From Octopus sinensis (lineage: Eukaryota), in the NCBI RefSeq assembly GCF_006345805.1, contig NC_042998.1:5394001-5458000 (forward strand): a stretch of 64,000 nucleotides of DNA, read 5' to 3'. Of the stretch, positions 25,181 to 39,343 are shown piece after piece (positions within the stretch are counted from its first letter, which is position 1; every line of letters begins with the position of its first letter). The position numbers were made by a program, and so were the translations under genes. Below the pieces are notes generated by a model that worked only from the letters and a program-made list of their open reading frames with translations, was not told where the DNA came from and searched no databases.

Positions 25181-26524
25181 AAATTATTTTCTACATATTT
25201 TGCATTGTGAATGAAAGTTTTCAAAATTCTTACTATTTTAGTAATAATAAAACTATGTCTCATTTATGTCTCAGTAAATCGTAATAAAAGACCAATAATA
25301 AGCAATATAATAACTAAAATGAGCGCGTAGATCACACATGTATTGCAGCCGCGAGTTTTGCAACGTAGAAAAACTAAGAAGTAACATAAAGTAATCGCCC
25401 TTGAAGTTGTAGATCACCCGCCAAAGTAGCACCAAATATTCTAAAGCATTATGTCCGATGCTCTACTATTTCTGTAGAGTAATATTCTTCAGTATCTACA
25501 ATAACTAATTAACTATCTTCTTCACATATGACTGCATCTACCTTACTATATTTAAGGGGATATTTACAGATTCTATACTTGCAGCGTATTCTAATTCCAG
25601 TAATCTGAGTCAATGTTGGAAATGATATTTCAATTTCAATGTTGTATAAACATAATCAAGCCCCGAATATTTGCCGGTAGGCTGTGGAGGGTGTGGTGGA
25701 GAATACTCTCTCACAGTTCCTGGGATTAAAACACTGGAAAGCCACGGACAGGCGAGACAACTAACCCCAAATCTACACAAAACATTTACGTTAAGTATGT
25801 ATGGTCGATAATGCTCATTTCACTAGCGTTGCTTTTATTTCATATTTGAATTTAATTTATATATCATTTTACTCACTGCTGTTATGTACCTAAATATCTT
25901 AATTTTTCACAACAGATCTTTTCCTGTTTGACTCTCTTTTTTTAAAGCCAAGTATTCGTTATTTGTTTAAATCAAAATGTTTTAAGAGGAGCAAACATAA
26001 TCTGTGGTGTTATGATGATGATTGTAATAGAGATGACAAGGAAATTGGCGGCGGCAGCGATGGTAACGGTGGTGGCCTTCGTGTTGGTTGCAGCCGTAGT
26101 GGTGCTACTGCTCATGATGAAAATGAGAAGATGAGAAGGAGAAAGAAGCAGAATGCTGTTGTTGCAAACCATGTGACTATCGTATCGTGTGGAATCAAAC
26201 CGAGAAGCTAAGAAATTATATTTGCTTTGATATTGAATTAAAAACTCGATTTGTAAGAAATATACCCGTAATTCTATTTGTAACTGGTATAAGTTGAATA
26301 ATATAAAACAAACCTCTGTAAAGGACAGGTTGTCAATACATAGAGAGGCAGGAGAAAATATGATAATCTTCTATATATAAACGAAACAAGAAGATTCTTC
26401 CGAATCATCCATTAACATTGATCACTCATTCCAATCACTGTTATTGTACAATGGGAACATGTATCACTCTTCTTCTTCTGATACTACTACTTCTACTACT
26501 ACAACCACAAATAGGAGTAAGAAT

Positions 26525-26700
26525 CTTTTCTATTTTAGGTACAAGGTCTGAAGTTTTGAGGGTGGGCATAAGGTGATTACATCGACCCCAGGACGTAACT
26601 GGTACTTGTTTTATCGAACCCCAAACGAATGAAAGAGAGAATTGACCTCGGTGAGATTTGAACTCAGAAAGTAAAGACCCAGAGCAAATGATAACTGGTA
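26525..26700 (-). mobile_element. SINE family A, old tail, diverged
   Basis: Reverse-complement central domain and old tail. Confidence 0.7.
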
Positions 26701-26703
26701 CTT

Positions 26704-26735
26704 GGTGGTGGTGGTGGTGGTGGTGGTGGTGGTGG

Positions 26736-26767
<32 letters not shown>

Positions 26768-26950
26768 GTTGTCCTAATGCTGGTATTTTTGATATTGTTG
26801 GTATTGTCACTCTCTTCCTTGTATAATTATCGGGGTTGCTAGCGGCAACAATGTTCCCGAAAGTGTTGATTCATCTGGTGGTGGGGGTAGTGGGGGGATA
26901 GTGGTGGTGGCGGCGGTGGTGGTGGTGGTGGTGGTGATGATGGTGGTGGT
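26704..26950. repeat. (GGT)n/(GCT)n low-complexity tract
   Basis: Direct reading. Confidence 0.85.
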
Positions 26951-27761
26951 GTCATCTGTTGAAGATGCCATGAATTTTCTTCTATTTTTGCTCGACCTAT
27001 CGTTGCTGCAATCGCATCCTTCATTTTCGTTAGCGCACGTGACTCCGATAACAGTGATAAGTGTAATTATGGGATTGGTGGTCGTAATGTCACCAGCCGC
27101 CACTGTCAGAGACTGCAACTTCTACCTCGAGTGAAAAAATAGAAGTTGCATGCTAAAATATTTCTCTTTAAATGAAAAAATAACACATTATGTTTCTGTT
27201 GGTTTGTTTCATCAGGCTTACCTCTATTTCTTGTTAGTAAACGTAAACGATGCTATATTAAAGTAAATAATTTTTTAACTATTTGATAATGCTGATGAGA
27301 TTTTCTAGTTTGAACCCTTTTCCACCATTTAACTTTAAATTATGCATTTAAAGGAGATTGTGGGTGAACCTAGTGCCCATCTTCTTATGCAGTGCACCAT
27401 TGCCGTTTTATGTTTTTGAGATATCTCAAAGGCAACGAGCATATGAAAATCAGCTGTACTGTCACTTTACAAAATCTCAGTAGATATTTCTGAGTGGTTA
27501 GAGCTCCAACCACAAAGTTATTGGTTACATTGATAACAATCAACATACTTCTCTATTGTTTCGTGTTTAGAACTTCATTGTGAGATCGAGTTTACTCAAA
27601 TTCAGTATTTTTTGAGCCAGTCATTTGGAACTGAATCAAGAAACAGTCCTGTGGTTGATTTAAACAAGTATATTTTATTCTCCCACTACTATTTTGTAAA
27701 TAAAGTGTTAGTGAATAAGGACTTGGGTATACCTTTTCATAATTTAAAAATAAATGCGCCA

Positions 27762-28004
27762 TTTTAAAGCCTAACCAGGCTCATGGACCCTGTTTCCCGG
27801 CTTCTATGGCGTATGTGTTCACCAGCTGGACGGGACGCGCCAGTTCATCGCAGCGTTACTCATTTTCGCCAGCTGAGTGGACTGGAGCGACGTAAAATGA
27901 AGTGTTTTGCTCAAGAACACAACGCGTCGCCCGGACCAGGAATCGAAAGCACAATCTTACGATCATGATGCTGACACCCTAGTTACTAAGCCACGCGCCT
28001 CCAC
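27762..28004 (-). mobile_element. SINE family C, full length
   Basis: Homologous to 4268-4507. Candidate TSD ATACCTTTTNATA near 27729 and 28005. Confidence 0.88.
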
Positions 28005-28446
28005 ATACCTTTTAATAGGAAAAATTCTTTTTCTTTTTGCAAATGTTTAAGCAAATGATAAGATATTGTGTAGATGTGTTCTAGTCTTTATTTGTGAATC
28101 ATTGTTGTTCTCCCAGTAACAGCCATCTATATATTTTGCTCCGATTATATGACGGCTTACTGAAGGTTGACCTTATCTAGCTGTATTATGTGTGAAATGA
28201 CAAACACTAGAAATTTTAAGTGTTGCCTATTAAAGGACCTTCCCAAATTCCGAACCTGTTCAGAACAACGAGCTAATCAAACACTGCAATATTTTCATGA
28301 GATGACTTCACTTTCATACCATGTTGCTGCCAACATAAACCATAGCAATGAAATCAACGCCAATAGAAGCGTCAATGCCAGTAACAACAACAACAACAGC
28401 ATCAACGACAACAACAAAGCATTTTCTGTTGTTAAGACAGATTTCT

Positions 28447-28680
28447 TATTTCTTTACTACCCACAAGGGGAAAAACATAGAGGGAACAAACAAGAACAGA
28501 CAAAGGGATTAAGTATATTACATCGACCCCAGTTCGTAACTGGTACTTAATTTATCGACCCCGAAATGATGAAAGGCAAAGTCGACTTCGGCGGAATTTG
28601 AACTCAGAACGTAGCGGCAGACGAAATACTTCTAAGCATTTCGCCCCGGTGTGCTAACGTTTCTGCCAGCTCACCGCCTT
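28447..28680 (-). mobile_element. SINE family A, young tail, monomer
   Basis: TSD TAAGACRGATTTCT at 28433-28446 and 28681-28694. Confidence 0.9.
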
Positions 28681-30289
28681 TAAGACGGATTTCTAACAAG
28701 CTTTTAAACAATCTGACGAGGGATCCACTATGTGGTCGTATTATCTGTTACAAACAGTTGTCAATTTTTTTTCTTTCTCAAATCATACCCTGTCGTCTTG
28801 GAAAAAGGGTACATTGGTAATAGGCCTCTAAGTTCTGTGCACAAAGGAAAAAATCGATGGCTACAGCTAGAATGCCTGTGATCACAGAACCCTTCAAGTA
28901 AAGCCGAGTTGATAGTAAACAACTTCTTGCATGTGTATTTGATTCCCAAAAATATCTTTAATTTTTTCTTTAGTAAATGTCTGATATGCTTCTATAATGT
29001 TAATGAATATTGCTCATTGCAAAAACTTGCGGATTGTTATTGTTTTGACTATTGTTGGTGTTAGTTTTGCCGTTGCTGCTGTTATTGTTGTTTAACCCGA
29101 ATCAAACATAACTGAACCGACATGATCAAAGACTTTCCAACCTTTCCTTTGCATTTTTTATTTCTAAATCTACGAATACACAACCAGCGTATCCGTTTGT
29201 ATAACTGCAGGATACGAATAACAAGTATTGTCTACTATTCTAAAGCCAACTGAGTGACTGCGTAATGGGCTTCATGTTGGTTTGAAGGTTGTTTTGAAAT
29301 TTTGAGAAAAACGCACTCCACAAAAAAATGGAATTTTTAAAGTATTGCTTACGGCAGATATTTTTTAAGTATCACATTTTGTCCCTCGGAAACCTTAATT
29401 TCTACAACATAAACAAAATTAGTACCAACAACTCCACCAACGCAAAATTGTACGATATAAACAAGCAGCTAAAATTGCGAGCGAAAGGGAAGTTTAGACG
29501 TAAGTTGAATCCAATCGCCAGAAGAATCGTGGTAGTGATGCACTACAAACGTGTGCGCTTCTCTGCCTGTGCCTGAGAAATTTGTTCAAGAACGGACAAA
29601 GAAGCAGTTTATACACTTCTACTTTGCAAAAGCTGAAGATGCAATTAATATGCCTTAAAAATCATGAAAGGAAACCCTAGACAATATATGAGACACATGT
29701 AATCCATTGTTCTATATATGTCTAAGATGTTTCTATCCTTCAAGACAAAAAAAAGAAATCAAAGTATAAAGATATGCTGGAAATAAGCACGTTGGAAATG
29801 CAACACGTGACACAACATAACTGGTACTACAGATAACGAGACTGGAGGGATAAGATGCGATGGTGACGTCAGTGGTATTTGAACTTAGGCTACAAACTAA
29901 ATTTCATCTTATGATGGTTCCTGATCCAGGTACGAAACTAGAAATTTTGAGAGGAGTGTTTAGTCGATGTCATCAGTTCCAATGTATCCTAGTACTTTGT
30001 TTTCTCATTCCTAAAACGATGAAAAGTAAGATTTACCTTGAAAAAGGTAAATTGAAAAGTCATTATTAGAGCTCGTTTCAACTCTAATAATGGCTTCTGA
30101 ATTGGAGACAAGATCAGCAATTGACATAAGCGGGGTTTGAAATCAAAAATGCAAACAGCCATAACTAAACACAAGCTGACAATTAACGTTGCTTCTAATT
30201 TAGATTAAACACAGACCTAGCAATTTTAAGGGGAGAAAATGATGTCATATTAAAATAATAATTTTTCCCAATTTTTCTCCCTAAATTAA

Positions 30290-30670
30290 ACTTTCTAACA
30301 TAGGCACAAAACCTGAAACTGGAAAAGTTAATTGTCGATTATATCAGCCCCACAAGTTCACAACGAATTTACGTTACGGATCTCGGATGAATAACTGGCA
30401 AAGCTGAGGCTAAGCATTTTGTTTCCCGTGCTAAAGATTCCGCCTTAATAATAGTTGGGAATTTTGGTACAAGACCAGCAATATTTAGGAGCAGAGTAAA
30501 TCTGTTACATGGGCTTAAATGCTCGACTAGTACTTATTTTATTGACCCCAAAAGATGAAAAGCAAAAGTTGACCTCGACAGTATTTGAACTCAGGACTGT
30601 AAAGGCAAAAAGAAATGCCGTTATGCATTTTTGTTCAGCGTGGTAACGATTCTGCCAGCCCGCCGCCTTA
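30290..30670 (-). mobile_element. Two diverged old-tail family A SINEs in tandem
   Basis: Heads end CCGCCTTAA at about 30448 and 30670. Central domain recognisable in the second unit. Confidence 0.68.
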
Positions 30671-32861
30671 ACCATAATGTCAACTGTTATAATTAGTTCT
30701 GAAAATGTTTCTTCCATTTTCAAAGGATCAATGCCCTGTTGTGACAATGTGACACATTTCAACTCGTTGGTAGAAGCATGCATTTATAGTTATTTTCCTG
30801 TTAATTCATTAGCGGTTTAGATACATTGACAAAATCTTCCTCTAATATATATTGTGCCAAATAAATAAAATAGTTTTATTATCCTCATAATTTTATCACA
30901 AGCTTCAATGGAGCTCTTTTAGTTTACGTGTGATTTTATCTACTGTTTTTATGGCTGTTTCTGTAGTTGAGGCGCCGTCAATTGTGATAGGCAAATGTCT
31001 CATCAATGATGACAATTTTCTTATTTTTAAATGTCAGTATGCAATGTGCCCTTCCTTTCTTTGAAAGACGACAGGATATTTTCTGTTATTTCTAGCAGAG
31101 CCATCGATCTAATAGAAATTCTATCGGTAGCATGTCTAAAATGCTGCTGGATGTGTGCGTGCTCACATACAGAGAAAGATACATCCGTTGATAAATTCCT
31201 CATGAATAGACAGAGAAGCATTAAATTACACGGTCTCTTCCTAGATTTTAATAATATCTTTATCAAATACGATAATCGAATATTTGTATGTCTGCATAAC
31301 AAGGAACCTTAACTGTGCATTTAGAAATAAAAAGGAAAAATTTTAAAAAAAACATACTGAATTAATCCATTTTTCTCTTTTACTTTTCCCCACATCCCCC
31401 AGTGAAGATATTGTTTGTGAAAGTATCAGTGCGATCATTGAATCTTTTGAAGACACGCATGCACACACGAATAAGATGAATGAATAAATAATTTGTCCAC
31501 AATTTCAGTGCGTTAATATAATAGCAGACGCAATTTGATTATTTGAGGTTGAACGACCATTGAATAATTAATTATATCGGGTTTTGTCTTAATTACGCAA
31601 TACCGGATTTTAAATTAATTTACATTTCTGTAACAGTGCCATAATTTTCTACGAAAGAGTTCTTTCTTTGCTTGTGAACTTTGTTCATTAAATTAAATAT
31701 GCTCTCTCTCCCTGTTAAGACGTTTCTAATGCTTCCTGGAAGATTTTTTTCTAATGCGACTTTTTTTAAAGCTGGTTTTCTACGATAAATGTTCAAATAA
31801 ATATTGAATATTTTAGTCGCAGTCGGGCGTGTCTAAAAGGAACCGGACGGATTGTGCCGGATGAATGGTGACTGATTAAAATATTCGGCTCTCTTTTACA
31901 ATTGCTAAAATAAATCTTCACATGAAAAATATAGTATTTGGCTTGATCACCTGAAGGTCACTAGTTGTGTTTAAAGAGATACGTCCACTTTGCCTTTTAA
32001 ACTGTTTCGGCTATAATAAAAGCGAGCTGAAATATCTCTGTATGAATTCTTGGGATAAATATGTTTTCAGTAGGAGTTTCTTACAATAGCTGTTACAAAA
32101 ACTTTACCTGCCATATTTCTATGGAAAATGATGCCTTTGTTTAAATTACTTTTGAACATAATGAAGAAATGAATATAATAACTGTGTTATTACTCAGCTG
32201 GTGCTTGGAACATGAATTCACAAAGAATTTTTATGGAAGTTTGATCACAGGATGTTTGTATCATAGAAACACTGGTGGTGTTCCGGGTTGCTGCAAAAAT
32301 GGTTACTAAAAGGGGAAAGTGACCTATTCAGGACCAAAGAGGAAGAAACCCAAATATGCTTACCTAACGGATGTAACGAGATATAATTCAATTACTTTGT
32401 CAGTAAATCACAACTTAAATCGGATACACCATATTCCTATAAAAAATTTTCAAAAAATATGCCAGTCCGTTGTCTTTATCCTGTAAGGATATACACGAGA
32501 ATAAGAGAAAGAATAGGCAACGTACACGAAAAGGAATCTACGTAATGAATTAACTTTTGATTTTAGATCTGAAAAGCGTTCTCAATAAAAAGCTGAAGTA
32601 TAATATACGCTTAAGACTCCTGCAAAGGGTTAAATTTATAGATGTGTGTGTGTGTGTGTGCGGTGTGTGTTTATGTGTATGTATGTATATATGTGTATAT
32701 ATACATATGGTGTGTGCGTATATATACATACCTAAATATGATCCATGTGATCATATTTAAAAATTATTAGGATGTTAAGATAACTTTATTAACATGAAAC
32801 CAATGACATCCTTAATACACAAAGAAACTTTTGTCCAACAATGTGGTGTTAGGCACTCATT

Positions 32862-33275
32862 CTCATTGTACGACAGGATCCCAAAATACTTCCTGTGTGG
32901 GGAATAGGCCACTGGCTAAAGAGCACGAGAACGACCTCATTTTCGTTTCAAAAGTGTCTGTAAGAGGGATATGAAGTCGCTTGATATAGACGTCCTGAGA
33001 TGGGATAAAGCCGTAAACGATAGCCCACATTGGAGACAAATACTGCGAAAGAGAATGAAGCGGGAGAAAGAAAAAGCAGGAAAAGAGCACTCGACGGAAG
33101 GAAAAACCAGTAGGGCCGGCAGTGAGCTCCTTTAAATGCAGTTGCTGTATGCATGATTGCCACTCCCGTGTGGGCCTGTGCGGCAACGGCAGATGATGCA
33201 CCACCATCAAGGGCTGACACAATTTCTTCGGGCGTAGATTCATGGCCTCTCGTGACCGACGGATGACCACTACTA
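32862..33275 (+). mobile_element. RTE (BovB-like) LINE 3' end
   Basis: RIPKYFLCGE*ATG*RARERPHFRFKSVCKRDMKSLDID and terminal CxxCxxDCHSRVGL motif, short 3' UTR. Confidence 0.85.
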
Positions 33276-33920
33276 TACACACACACACACATACAGACAC
33301 ATGTATATGTATAAACAAATATACATATAAATGTATGTATATATATATATGAGTGTGTATATATATATACATGTGCATGCGTCTGTGTATATGTATGTGT
33401 GTGTGTGTGTGTATGTGTGTGAGACGTAAATTTATTATCCTTTGGTTTTGCACTTCTTTTGTAAGAAAAATCATAGACCTCTCAAAGATAAATCGACATA
33501 AAGATAAAGCTATACAGCAGGCAATATATTTGCTCAGTCAATGATTTTAAAATATGGTCTTCCGATATTGTCACCAATCAGGTTTCCTGAAAAGTATTCT
33601 GGATTTTGATAACGATTGCACAGTTTCTAAGAGCTACACTGATATCAACAGTGTCAAAGATTCTATTTTTTGACATATTCTTATCGTTATCAATGACTGT
33701 ATAACTGTATTTTAATACAATTATGATAACCATTTTTTAACACAACAAAGCTTATAATCTGTTTGTAAAGAAGTGAAACCGGTTGATTCAATAAGCATCT
33801 TTAAAAAACCTCTGCATTTTCAAACTCTCTTTGCTATATATTTTCGCAAGTTTACTTTGTTATATATATGTATATATATCTGTGTGTATATATATGTATA
33901 TATATATATGTAAATATATG

Positions 33921-34097
33921 TCGTTAGCTCCTACACGCATTTTTTTCTCTCCTTGTTTTTTCTGTGTATCTTTCTGTCGAAGAGCATAGGCTCGAAACGT
34001 AAAAGACTTTTTCTATTCTTGAGCGCTATACTAATACATTTGTTTGTTTGTACTCCACCTGCCTTCGTCTTTTGTTTATTTTCGTAAACTTTCCCTT
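33921..34097 (+). mobile_element. TA-embedded ~175-bp element with hammerhead-like motif
   Basis: UCUUU-CUGUCGA-A-GAGC(AUAG)GCUC-GAAACGUA-AAAGA at 33969-34006. Homologous to 17455-17628. (TA)n flanks. Confidence 0.75.
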
Positions 34098-34132
<35 letters not shown>

Positions 34133-34157
34133 GTATGTATGTATGTATGTGTATATG

Positions 34158-34204
<47 letters not shown>

Positions 34205-34220
<16 letters not shown>

Positions 34221-34384
34221 ATATACATACATGAGAAACCGGTTATTTCTACAAAAATAATGTCACAATACACAAAAGTTTATATAATTTTCCTAACATG
34301 ATTTTAATATATTTTTAACCAATTAATACAAATCTTCTGTAGTTTTTACATTCTAACCACGTACTTTCACGTACCAACTCTCGC

Positions 34385-34435
<51 letters not shown>

Positions 34436-34920
34436 TAAATTCCTCACAATATGAGGGTCTCTTAAAGTCAAAACTACCATAACAAATACGCTGACTGCTT
34501 GATAAATTTTTTAAAGATTTTATCCTATTTTAAAATTATATATATATGTGTGTGGTGTGTGTGTATGTATGTATGTATATATACATACATGAGAAACCGG
34601 TTATTTCTACAAAAATAATGTCACAATACACAAAAGTTTATATAATTTTCCTAACATGATTTTAATATATTTTTAACCAATTAATACAAATCTTCTGTAG
34701 TTTTTACATTCTAACCACGTACTTTCACGTACCAACTCTCGCACCCTATATATATATATATATATTATATATATATATATATATAATATATACATAAATT
34801 CCTCACAATATGAGGGTCTCTTAAAGTCAAAACTACCATAACAAATACGCTGACTGCTTGATAAATTTTTTAAAGATTTTATCCTATTTTAAAATTATAT
34901 ATATATGTGTGTGTGTGTGT
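34205..34920. repeat. Tandem duplication, period 358 bp
   Basis: ATGAGAAACCGG at 34231 and 34589. Non-microsatellite parts appear identical. Confidence 0.92.
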
Positions 34921-36038
34921 GTGTATGTATGTATATATATATATAATATATACATTGATATATATGTATATATGTATATATAATATATATATATATGAAT
35001 ATATATAATATATATTTGTATATATATATATATATATAATATATATATTAATATAATATATATGTATATATAATATATATATATATATATAGAGTAAAAG
35101 AGTAAAAGGGTAAAATAGAGAGTATATTTATATACATTCTTACACTCACACACATGCACACATACACATACACACACATACACACACACACACACATATA
35201 TATATATGCATTTGCATGTATAAGCATGCATGTTGTGTATGTATGTATGTATGTATGTATGTATGTATGCATTGATAGGTATATGTCTGTCTGTTTGTGC
35301 GTATGCATGTATTTATGTGTGTAATTACTCCAAGTTCAACTTTTGAGATATTTTAACTTCTCTCACAAAACAATAATGAATAACCTCTAATTGAAAGAGG
35401 TGATGATAGATTTCTAAATTACTGCCAATTGTAGTCGCGATGGCATCCATATTTAAGTCAAATCCTTTCCCCTACTAGGCTTTCCAGCAGAGAAGGCCTG
35501 CTTGTCTATCGAATAGTTTCAGTAGTTACATTTCCTTTCTGTCATTTCGATGAAATTAGCTTCTTTACTATTATAGGCAAGTTGATTTAATTAACTTTTA
35601 CACTCACTTTACGTTCTTCATTTTGTACTATTCATTAGAACCTGAGTTGTTTGTTTTACTTTGCTGTGTGTTTTTATTATTATTATCTTTTTTTTCGGTT
35701 TTTCATTTTCTTTCCTTCTGATAACATTTCCAAAATACTTTTTGGTGTCGCTTTTCAGCTGAATTCAATCTCACTTAGAGTTAGTTATCAATCATTTAGC
35801 TTTCTTGTTTAACGGTAGGTAATTACGAGAGAAGAGCGCTTTCAAAGATTTCACAAAAACTATTATTGGACTCGCCCAGAAGATAACGAGTTGAGTGAGA
35901 GAATGGTGACCTCGGTCTCAATATGATGACCTCACTATTTTAGATATTATTAAATCTCTTTGCAAATCATACATATGTATGTATACATACACATATACAT
36001 GTATGCATACGAGTGTACATACATATATATGCATATAC

Positions 36039-36094
<56 letters not shown>

Positions 36095-36968
36095 TATATA
36101 TATCAACGTTGACTATTTTATATTTATTATGGTGTCCATATCAAATTCCACTGTGATACAAGGCAAAATTGCAATTTCATTTCGATGCAACCTTCTCGTA
36201 GATAAGAAAGTCTTTAGTACTGTGTAAATCCAAGATATTGAATTCCAGCTGCTGCTTGTATCAAAATCGATTTATTATCCTATACTTTATTTCTTTGACA
36301 GGGCAGAAGGCTAACATTTTAGGTGGCTAGAGGCATAGGCAATTGAATCAAAGTCAAAATATTAATGGTATTATTTATTTATCAACTTATTTACTTATAT
36401 TAACACCTCGGAAAGAATGCAAAATAAAGTAAATGCTAATAGAATTCGAGCTCAAAATGTTGAATACCAATATTTTGCTTCTCAGTACCCGCTTGTAATG
36501 AATGATGTTTAACAAATGCTTCCTTATTGTGCTTTGTTAATAAAATAATTGCCGACTAGGAGGAGAGAAAAACCACGCCATGTCTGTAGAAGCTACTTAA
36601 ACGATGCAGTGTGAACGTGCAGAATCAGTCAGTCTGTGTAACAAGTTGTTTGCACAAATGTCCAAAACAGCCGAAGATTGTCTGCCCGGAAAGAGGCGAC
36701 GCGTGTGAATCAATCGGCTGCTCTCAACACTATGATTAGTTTGGCACCAAACTGTGTTTTAATGAGATGACAATAGGTTACATTTCAGAATATCTTAGGA
36801 TCCATATCCCGCCACAGCTTCACGCTGATTGGCCGATCATATGAAACTGTGGTGGCTCACTCGTGATGTCTAGCCGAGTATATAGCAATTAGCGTCCGGA
36901 TTTCTGCTACACAATACTGTGATTGACATATGCAAGTATGTTTTTTTTCTGTACTTTCACATCCCCCA

Positions 36969-37305
36969 ATAAAGGGTAAAGAACCCCTTCGATCATGAAT
37001 GACCATGGGATTGCACCTAAAAAGTTCCCCTCCAAGGTACAATTCCGGTAAGTTTGTATATAGAAGACCTGCAATCGCTCATGCATACCAGCCTCCCCTC
37101 TCCACACCATTGATGTTGTCCAAGGGAAAGGCAAAGACCGAAACAGCTTGGCATCAGTGATGTCGCAACTCATTTCTATAGCTGAGTGAACTGGAGCAAT
37201 AAAGTGTCTTACTCAAGAATATAACATACAGTCTGGTTTGGGAATCAAACTCACTACTTCATGATTGTGGGCCTGATGCTCTCGTCACTGAGCCATTCGC
37301 CTTCA
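36969..37305 (-). mobile_element. SINE family E (C-like head/CORE with a different tail ending CTTTACCCTTTA)
   Basis: Minus head GAAGGCGAATGGCTCAGTG, then TTCTTGAGTAAGACACTT. The tail recurs as a fragment at about 41554-41600. Confidence 0.72.
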
Positions 37306-37419
37306 CACATATATAACCTACTTATATAACCTACTTTTGAATGTCATTTTCTCACATTCATCTTACATTTCTGCAAATATGCCTAGAGTTAAGAAGTTGA
37401 AGAAATAATGATTCAAATT

Positions 37420-37573
37420 TCGACACAAGAGCAGCAATTTCGACCTCAGAGCATGACTGGTACTTATTTTGTGGATCCTGAAAGGGTAAAGTCGACCTCG
37501 TCTGAATTTGAACTCAGAGATGCCGGTAAGCATTTTGCCAAGTGTGCTAACAATTCTACCAACTCGTCACCTT
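37420..37573 (-). mobile_element. SINE family A, old, internally deleted
   Basis: AAAGTCGACCTCG...ATTTGAACTCAG...CTCGTCACCTT. Confidence 0.68.
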
Positions 37574-38448
37574 GAAAAAATAATGAACACTTATATATTC
37601 CCTATTAATTTACGATAAGTTAATTATTTTTAATGAAAACGTTGAATAGACGTGGGAGAGAGAGAGAGTGAGAGAGAGAGAGAAAAGAGAGAGAGAGAGC
37701 GTTGCAAGGGGAAAAGACGAAAATGACAGAATAGGCAGTCAAAAATTTCAAATGGAAGGAATTGAACGATAAAGGTTATGAATGAAGTGTGCGTGTGAGA
37801 GAGAGGAAGATGAAGAACGAAAAGAGAAAGATGTTGGAATGAAAACAAACATCAATATATTATTTCTGACAATACTCGATAGATATAGTGTTAAAGAAAT
37901 TACAAATGTTTCTCACCATTATCTAAACAAAACAACTTTGGTAATCACTTATTTTTAATGAAAACATTTTAACAAACCGGCAGAGAGAGCGAGAAAGACA
38001 ACAGGCGGACATATGCCGTACTAAATATAAGTTTCTTTTGTGAATAAAATATATTTTGCGATTCAAACGTGTATTTTAATTTTCAATTAGAAAACGTGCA
38101 TGAAGAACTATTCTGATTAAAACTTGAAGTTTGAAGATTTTTTTAGTATTTTGTAAACAAGGGAAACTTTCATAACTTCTTTCTTTTAATAAGAGTTACA
38201 TCGTCCAACTAATTGATAAACAGCTTCCTCCATTATAGTATAGAAGTCATGTGACTCATTTACGTCACTGCAAATATATTTGTGTTTGTATGTAACAATG
38301 CAGTGATATGAGTGAACGAGCGTGTTTTACACACTTAAATATTATCAGTCGGGAATAAAAGGATAACAAAGTCAGTAGGTCTCATTACATTCCGAGGTCA
38401 ATGTGTTCAGGTTCACTTTGTCTTTTATTATCTCCTTATAGATAAAAT

Positions 38449-38865
38449 AAGGCGGCGAGCTGGCAGAAACGTTAGTACACCGGGCGAAATGCGTAGCGGT
38501 ATTTCGTCTGCCGTTATGTTCTGAGTTCAAATTCCGCCGAGGTTGACTTTGCCTTTCATCCTTTCGGGGTCGATAAATTAAGTACCAGTTACGCACTGGG
38601 GTCGATGTAATCGACTTAATACCTATGTCTGTCCTTGTTTGTCCCCTCTATGTTTAGCCCCTTGTGGGTAATAAAGAAATAGGTATTTCGTCTGCCGTTA
38701 CGTTCTGAGTTCAAATTCTGCCGAGGTCGACTTTGCCTTTCATCCTTTCGGGGTCGATAAATTAAGTACCAGTAACGCACTGAGGTCAATGTAATCGACT
38801 TAATCCGTTAGTCTGTCCTTGTTTGTCCCCTCTGTGTTTAGCCCCTCGTGGGTAGTAAAGAAATA
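38449..38865 (+). mobile_element. SINE family A, young tail, 1.7-mer form
   Basis: Junction AAAGAAATA|GGTATTTCG at 38681/38682. Confidence 0.9.
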
Positions 38866-39343
38866 TATTCTCTTCCTATACATAAGATAAATACTAGTTC
38901 TGTGTCTACCATGCACTTCTGTAGACACAATCCTGTACTATTGTTGATGTCATAGACTGTGCACCTGTTGAGATACTAGTCATATAATAATGTCCGTTCA
39001 ATGAACTGATTCACGACCGTGAAAAATTACATCATTGCTCTAATACAGCAAATATTTGCTATTACCATCACACCGCTAAAGACTGAGGGCTTGAAATTAG
39101 CCCACGTTACATTCTTTGAAATAATAACACGAAATACTTTTCAAATTTTCTTTTTGTTTCTCATTGCATGACTTCCTCATCTCATTATTCCAAGTTGCAT
39201 GCACCTAGTGCATGAGTAAAAGCATTCGTTTTTCTGCTAGTTTTATATTAAACCAAAACTATAAACGAGATGTCTTAGTCGATACTCCTAAACAAAATGC
39301 TACGTGTATATATCTGAATAACAACATAAGAGAGAAGTAATAA

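Noticed and set aside
26807-27150. 103-aa Thr/Pro-rich ORF as a host exon, and an 11-bp hairpin at 27114-27150
   Set aside because: Low-complexity GGT-derived sequence open in several frames on both strands. The hairpin is short and has no supporting context.
38372-38596. Recurrent small ORF family (MRNWYLIYR..., FLYYPQG...) seen at several loci
   Set aside because: Antisense translations of SINE family A.
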